DNA of 11,697 nt, taken from NCBI GenBank assembly GCA_027492035.1, contig JAOZFT010000014.1:1-11697 (forward strand), in the 5' to 3' direction. Both the position numbers and the translations under genes were made by a program. The DNA is from Thermoproteota archaeon (GTDB lineage: Archaea; Korarchaeota; JAOZGF01; JAOZFZ01). Positions 7,305-11,697 of this stretch are shown piece by piece. The notes beneath the pieces were generated by a model. That model ran no database searches. It worked only from the letters and a program-made list of their open reading frames with translations, and had not been told where the DNA came from. Positions within the stretch are counted from its first letter, which is position 1; each line of letters opens with the position of its first letter.

Positions 7305-8030
7305 ATGGAGAGTGTCGTCGATAAACTGCAAAGACTTGGACTCACTGAGTATGAGGCCAGAGTTTATCTTAGCTTGCTTAGTGGCAATGTGAACAGTGCT
7401 TCAAGGCTTTCAGAAGGGTCAGGTGTGCCTAGGACTAAGATATATTCTGTTTTAAGGTCTTTGCATCGAAAAGGATGGGTTCGCATTTATTCAGGTGTTC
7501 CTCTGCTTTTCAAAGCTGTCGATCCACATGAAGTTTTCGCTAAGATAAGAAAGAGCTACAGTGAATTCCTGGAATCCATTCAGGCGACACTTGATAAGGA
7601 AGTGTTAAAGATGAAGGAAAAGTTTCTGATCAAAAAATTCGATGTTGGACTTGAAAAACTGCGGGAAGCTATAGAAAAAGCAAAAACTGTGTGGATAAAC
7701 AATGCAACCACCGATTTCCTTAAAAGGGTAAGTAATTCATTCAACGAAGGAGCCGAGGTAAAGGTTTCACTGTTCCCAGGGGAAATGGGAATCAAAGTAG
7801 AGGGGAATATTGAGTTTAGGGAGGCAGAAGTGAAAATTGTTTGCTTGGTGAGAAACAGGGAAACCCCTTCCATTTCAATAATTCTAGACGAGGAAAGAGT
7901 TTTCACCGTGTTTAAAGATCCCTTGAACAATCGATATTTTGTAGATGAAATGCTGTATGATGAATGCACTAAATGCTTCCTGGAATGGCATGGTTTAAGC
8001 TGGGAAGCAGAGGTAAAGGATTTGAGGTGA
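7305..8030 (+). CDS. TrmB-family transcriptional regulator (N-terminal wHTH, C-terminal putative effector domain with CxxC)
   Basis: Classic TrmB HTH 'LQRLGLTEYEARVYLSLL...ASRLSEGSGVPRTKIYSVLRSLHRKGWV...PLLFKAVDP', then a helical linker and a ~140 aa alpha/beta domain ending MLYDECTKCF...W. Confidence 0.92.
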   Translation: MESVVDKLQRLGLTEYEARVYLSLLSGNVNSASRLSEGSGVPRTKIYSVLRSLHRKGWVRIYSGVPLLFKAVDPHEVFAKIRKSYSEFLESIQATLDKEVLKMKEKFLIKKFDVGLEKLREAIEKAKTVWINNATTDFLKRVSNSFNEGAEVKVSLFPGEMGIKVEGNIEFREAEVKIVCLVRNRETPSISIILDEERVFTVFKDPLNNRYFVDEMLYDECTKCFLEWHGLSWEAEVKDLR

Positions 8031-8037
8031 TGGAGAG

Positions 8038-8472
8038 GTGCCAATTGTAGATGGTAGATATGAAGCCAAAATCTCAACGACGTTTGCCACTGTGGACGAG
8101 GGAATTGAACAGATTAAAGAAATGATTCAGAAATCAAGAAGAGTAAGGATTAACAACGTCCCAGTAAAATTGTTAAATGACCTGAAACCCTTATTGAAAG
8201 ACAAAGACTTAAAAATTATTCTTCCCCTTGGTGAAAAGCCAACTGAGGAATTAAAAAACCTGGGCGAAGTTGCAACGACAAAGTCGAGAATTTACGTTGA
8301 CTTTAAGGGCAAAGAAGCAAACACAGGGTCCTTTGTTTTTTCAACTGTCATTTTCAATGTAACATGGCTTGGAGATGAAATATTTGAGGTTTCAACGATG
8401 GAGTACAGTAAATGTGTAAAGTGCCTCCGAGAAACATTTGAAACAGCTTGGCGCTACTCAAAAAAGAAGTAA
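8038..8472 (+). CDS. Hypothetical protein, stand-alone paralog of the TrmB C-terminal domain (CxxC)
   Basis: GAGGTGA/GGAG RBS, 7 nt after the TrmB stop. Collinear similarity to the regulator C-terminus: GIEQIKEMIQKSRRVRINN vs GLEKLREAIEKAKTVWINN, and MEYSKCVKCL...AW vs MLYDECTKCF...SW. Confidence 0.85.
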   Translation: MPIVDGRYEAKISTTFATVDEGIEQIKEMIQKSRRVRINNVPVKLLNDLKPLLKDKDLKIILPLGEKPTEELKNLGEVATTKSRIYVDFKGKEANTGSFVFSTVIFNVTWLGDEIFEVSTMEYSKCVKCLRETFETAWRYSKKK

Positions 8473-9158
8473 AAACCTGTCATTAATTTGATGAAGCAAC
8501 CTAAATACATATTACATGGCAAAGTTCACTCTGAAACTGTTTTCAGCGAGCACACTTATGACCAGACGTCAATTGAGCTTCCTGACCTGTTAATGATTAA
8601 TACCTATATCTTAGGTGAGATTCTAGCCTTTTTGCTTTTACTAATTAAAAATAAAACTTCCACAGAGGTATCTATCCCATCCCTACTCTTTTTTATGTTG
8701 GTGATAGGCTGAACTTCAGCGGCAGCTGGTTTTCATCAATGCATGTTAATCATCTGTTGGTGATATTGGTAAGCATGTCTTTGTTTGAAAGGTCATCAAA
8801 GGAAAGAAGAGATTTTTGGATTGGTATAGGGGGTAGGTGTATTCCTTATACTTTGTCTGTTATTTACAATGAAAAGGTATCATTCAACTCATCCAGAGGC
8901 CTACAAGATTCTTTTAGGTATTAGCTGGCAAGGACCAGAATTTAAATAGAGACACTTTGACAAATTTTATTGCAATTAATTAAAAGGTTCATTAACTTTT
9001 TTTAGCAATTGAATAATTAAACCCATTAGAACAGAGAGTGATTAACTATTAAATTTTCAAGTTATGCCTCAGAGTATTATTTTAGGGGGATGGACACTTA
9101 TAAGTAGTTAATAAGTTAAAGTCTTAGCGTTAATTAATCCTTCTTTAAAATTTTAAAC

Positions 9159-9620
9159 GTGATTCTTTTGAGTGATACAGGTAAACTGTCTAAAGCTGTT
9201 AAACAACTTGTTAGAGAGCTTGGTGACAGAGTTGTAGCTGTATCATTGTTTGGTAGTCAGGCGAGGGGGGAGGTTACAAGTCGAAGCGACTATGACTTCT
9301 TCGTGGTTGTTAAGGATCTAAAAGAGGGGAATAGAAGGTTTAAAATCTATGATCCCCTCTATAAAGTGTTAAAAAGAGATGTTACAGTCATAGATATGGA
9401 TGAAGACTCTCTTTTTAGGGAAGACCTCACCATAAATTCTCTACTACTGAACATAGCTTGGGATAGCATAGTGCTTTATGACCCGGAAGGGAAACTAAGA
9501 AACCTTTTTAAACGAATTAAAAATGCCGTGGAGAAGAGCGGGTTAAAAAGATATAGAACAAAAAATGGAAAGTATGGTTGGAAACCTGTGAAGGGGAAGC
9601 TAAAAACAATAGAGGTATAA
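9159..9620 (+). CDS. Minimal nucleotidyltransferase (MNT, Pol-beta superfamily), antitoxin-type partner of HEPN
   Basis: 'VSLFGSQARGEVTSRSDYDFFVV' matches the GS-x10-DxD motif, followed by RDVTVI and IVLYD. The start is GTG 9159 or TTG 9168. Confidence 0.92.
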   Translation: MILLSDTGKLSKAVKQLVRELGDRVVAVSLFGSQARGEVTSRSDYDFFVVVKDLKEGNRRFKIYDPLYKVLKRDVTVIDMDEDSLFREDLTINSLLLNIAWDSIVLYDPEGKLRNLFKRIKNAVEKSGLKRYRTKNGKYGWKPVKGKLKTIEV

Positions 9621-9622
9621 AC

Positions 9623-10048
9623 TTGAAGATAAACCCTGAAAGTGAAGTAAAATATAGGGTTAAGCTGGCAAAGGGGTATTTAGAAAAAGCCGAGAAATTT
9701 TACGCCACAGAAGACTATAAAGAATCTGTGGAGGCCTCTCAACTGGCAGTGGAAAACGCTGCAAAAGCCGTTATAGCTGTGGCTAGGATTCCAAGCTGGA
9801 GCCATGATCCTTCAAGTGAACTTCTGGAAATAATGGATAAGTTACCTAAAAACAAATGGAAAATGATTGAAGAGTTAGCCAAGCTGGTGCATGAACTTGC
9901 ACCTGAGCATGGATTAACGACGTATGGTAAACCCTCAGAAGGACTGACCCCATGGGAAATATATGATAAAGGGAAGGCCCTAGAAGCTTTAAAGAAATCC
10001 AGGAAAGCTCTTCAATTAACTAGAAAAATACTTCATGGAGGAAACTGA
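9623..10048 (+). CDS. HEPN domain protein of an MNT-HEPN pair
   Basis: 'LAKGYLEKAE...SQLAVENAAKAVI...WSHD...TTYG...IYDKGKALEAL' fits the archaeal HEPN (PF05168-type) pattern. The likely start is TTG 9623 after GAGGT (9612-9616), directly behind the MNT stop. Confidence 0.9.
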   Translation: MKINPESEVKYRVKLAKGYLEKAEKFYATEDYKESVEASQLAVENAAKAVIAVARIPSWSHDPSSELLEIMDKLPKNKWKMIEELAKLVHELAPEHGLTTYGKPSEGLTPWEIYDKGKALEALKKSRKALQLTRKILHGGN

Positions 10049-10074
10049 TAGATTTCCTGGGGGAGCTTACCAAT

Positions 10075-10365
10075 GTGAAGTTGAAAGATGAAAGGTCAAG
10101 GAAAATAGCTGTGATAAATCAGGAAACCCTTAAAAACCTATCATTTGAAAAACTTGAAGGATACTTAAAGAATGGATATGGATTCATGAAGCCATGGAGC
10201 TTCAATAAAATGAGTAATGAAGTGGTCAGTGAAGGCTTAGAAGCGGTTTCAGATCAAGTTGAGGAGTTCATCAGAAACAATTTTGAAGTCATACTTTTAA
10301 GCTGTAATACACCTAAAGAAAAAAGGTTCCTTAAACAAGCTGAAAAGAGGAAATTGAAAAATTGA
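10075..10365 (+). CDS. Hypothetical protein (96 aa), possibly a gene fragment
   Basis: Open frame with Lys/Glu-rich composition like neighbouring genes, GGGGGAG upstream, co-oriented with MNT-HEPN. No motif recognised. Confidence 0.5.
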   Translation: MKLKDERSRKIAVINQETLKNLSFEKLEGYLKNGYGFMKPWSFNKMSNEVVSEGLEAVSDQVEEFIRNNFEVILLSCNTPKEKRFLKQAEKRKLKN

Positions 10366-10454
10366 GAGGGTGAAAATTTAATTTTTTAGGATCTGGGAAC
10401 CTTTAAACACATGGTAGGGGATCCTGGTAACCAATGTGGGGAAGTGGAAGTGAT

Positions 10455-10727
10455 TTGGAAGTAGTAAAATCGAGGTTCTTGATTCCATAGCAAGTGAAAC
10501 CAGGGCTTGCAGGAGGTGTGGTCTCTGGGAGAAAAGGGAAAAAAGCTGTTCCCGGTGAGGGAAGCATAGATGCCCAAATAATGTTTATAAGTGAGGCTCT
10601 AGGTGTAAATGAAGACATACGGGGAAGACCGTTTGTAGGGGCTGCCGGTAAACTTCTGGATAAACTGATAAACGATGTATTGAGACTTGAAAAAGGAGAG
10701 GTTTACATAACAAATGTTGTGAAATGT
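10455..10727 (+). pseudogene. udg: Family-4 uracil-DNA glycosylase, frameshifted and C-terminally truncated
   Basis: 'KIEVLDSIASETRACRRCGLWEKR' (CxxC at 10508-10519), +1 frameshift at ~10536, then 'KAVPGEGSIDAQIMFISEALGVNEDIRGRPFVGAAGKLLD...VYITNVVKC'. Canonical GEAPG is mutated to SEALG, and homology stops where RPP should follow. Confidence 0.9.
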
Positions 10728-10760
10728 TCTTTTTCATGGCGACAAACTTCACGTTCACCG

Positions 10761-11525
10761 TTAAATCTCTCTCCTCTTTGCACTTGAAAGGTAGCCTATA
10801 GTCCTGTAAACTTGGCTTAGAGTTACTCCTCCCCTTATCTTAAACGTTCTAACAATATCCTTGTAAATTGTAAGGTTCAAGTACGTTTTGAGGCTTTCAG
10901 CAGCTAAGTATAAATCATCCGTCTTAACAACCTCAGGATAACCACCCCCCAACAAATAATCATGCAGTAAAAGTGTTATGCGGTCTATATCCCCTGCCAA
11001 GTTGTTTGCTTTCTCTCTCAAAGTCGAATAAAAAACATTCGAATTATTTTTCTGTATTGATTTTTTCAACGCTTTCCTAAGATCAATTAACTCTATCAAG
11101 TTTTCTCTCAAAATCTTTCTTTTCCATATGAAAACGAATTGTTTCAAGAAATTTCATTGGAAACACTATTTGAAGAAGCATTAGTCCTACAAGTGCCTCT
11201 GCCCCACCTGTTAAAACGTTTACGCTTGAAGATCCCGAAACAATAAACTTCACCTTATAGCTCAGGTCAAACTATCTTTTCAGAACAAGCTCCCAGCCCT
11301 TTAGAGTCTGAACCTCATCTAAGAAAACATATACCTTTCCGTAACATCCGAAAATCACAGTTTAAGAATGTACTTTGAATAGAGGTCGAAAAATTTATAT
11401 CATTAAAAAGCTGCTCAGGAGAAGAATCTCACCATAAAAACTTGTCCCTTACAATGGCTGTGTTAGCTAATAACTTGACCAATGTAACGGTCAAAAAAGT
11501 CATTACTGAGCAACTGAGAAAGCAC
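10761..11525 (-). pseudogene. Second AAA_14-type ATPase, decayed
   Basis: From 11340 the - strand reads GKVYVFLDEVQTLKGWELVLKR*FDLSYKVKFIVSGSSS...EALVG...FPMKFLE (TAG at 11272-11274). A frameshift at ~11087 leads to YLLGGGYPEVV...TIYKDIVRTFKIR. 'FDLYSKYILK' lies near 11395-11360 and a possible relic N-terminus at 11525-11450. Walker A and DUF4143 are missing, and the 5' boundary is uncertain. Confidence 0.85.
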
Positions 11526-11600
11526 CTCTAACCATCACCTTTTTAATGACATGAACGAAAACTAAAAATCTAACCATATCCCCTCATAATCTTTGTCTCT

Positions 11601-11686
11601 CTTTCAATTCTCTTTCCTGAAACTCCTTTTCATATTTCAAATTTGCTTGATATTACTTACCTTTCAATTCTCTTTCTGTGAGATTC
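11601..11686 (-). CRISPR. Trailer end of a CRISPR array or a mini-array: two repeats and one 35-nt spacer, possibly continuing beyond the window
   Basis: CTTTCAATTCTCTTTC occurs at 11601 and 11661 (60-nt period). On the - strand the repeats are GAATCTCACAGAAAGAGAATTGAAAG (11661-11686) and degenerate GAGTTTCAGGAAAGAGAATTGAAAG (11601-11625). The GAATCTC...ATTGAAAG form resembles short repeats known from Thermoproteota, and the degenerate copy is at the expected trailer end. Confidence 0.75.
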
Positions 11687-11697
11687 TTTTCTGAAAC

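Noticed and set aside
7580-8077. 165-aa minus-strand ORF
   Set aside because: Antisense shadow of the TrmB gene, Ser/Phe-rich and without motifs.
8488-8924. Short ORFs 8488-8712 and 8739-8924
   Set aside because: No RBS or motif support. Probably decayed or non-coding sequence.
10343-10360. AAAAGAGGAAATTGAAAA and other ATTGAAAG/CTTTCAAT hits (3242, 6211, 8193) as further CRISPR repeats
   Set aside because: They lie within coding sequence and lack the 5' GAATCT portion, so they are explained by codon usage.
10386-10618. Minus-strand ORFs 10386-10577 and 10403-10618
   Set aside because: Antisense to the UDG pseudogene.
11652-11660. First 9 nt of the CRISPR spacer (GTAAGTAAT) match sites at 856-864, 1687-1695 and 7728-7736
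   Set aside because: Only 9 AT-rich nt match and the similarity does not extend, which is insufficient for self-targeting.

Overview
AT-rich archaeal accessory region, judged from GGAGGTGA-type ribosome-binding sites, TTTAAA TATA boxes, a TrmB regulator, an MNT-HEPN pair and split aconitase X. Intact genes: an AAA_14/DUF4143-type ATPase, a two-subunit aconitase X with non-canonical substrate motifs, a TrmB-family regulator followed by a stand-alone paralog of its own CxxC-bearing C-terminal domain, and an MNT-HEPN pair. Between them lie decayed genes: a TPP-dependent enzyme, a six-hairpin glycosidase-like protein, a family-4 UDG, a second AAA ATPase and a fragmented hypothetical. The right edge holds the trailer end of a probable CRISPR array (repeat GAATCTCACAGAAAGAGAATTGAAAG, - strand). 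The most unusual observation is two isolated, degenerate copies of this repeat in mid-window (5282-5307 and 6993-7017, both + strand) that bracket a ~1.7 kb gene-bearing segment. No cas genes are visible in the window. All calls come from manual reading; no searches were run.
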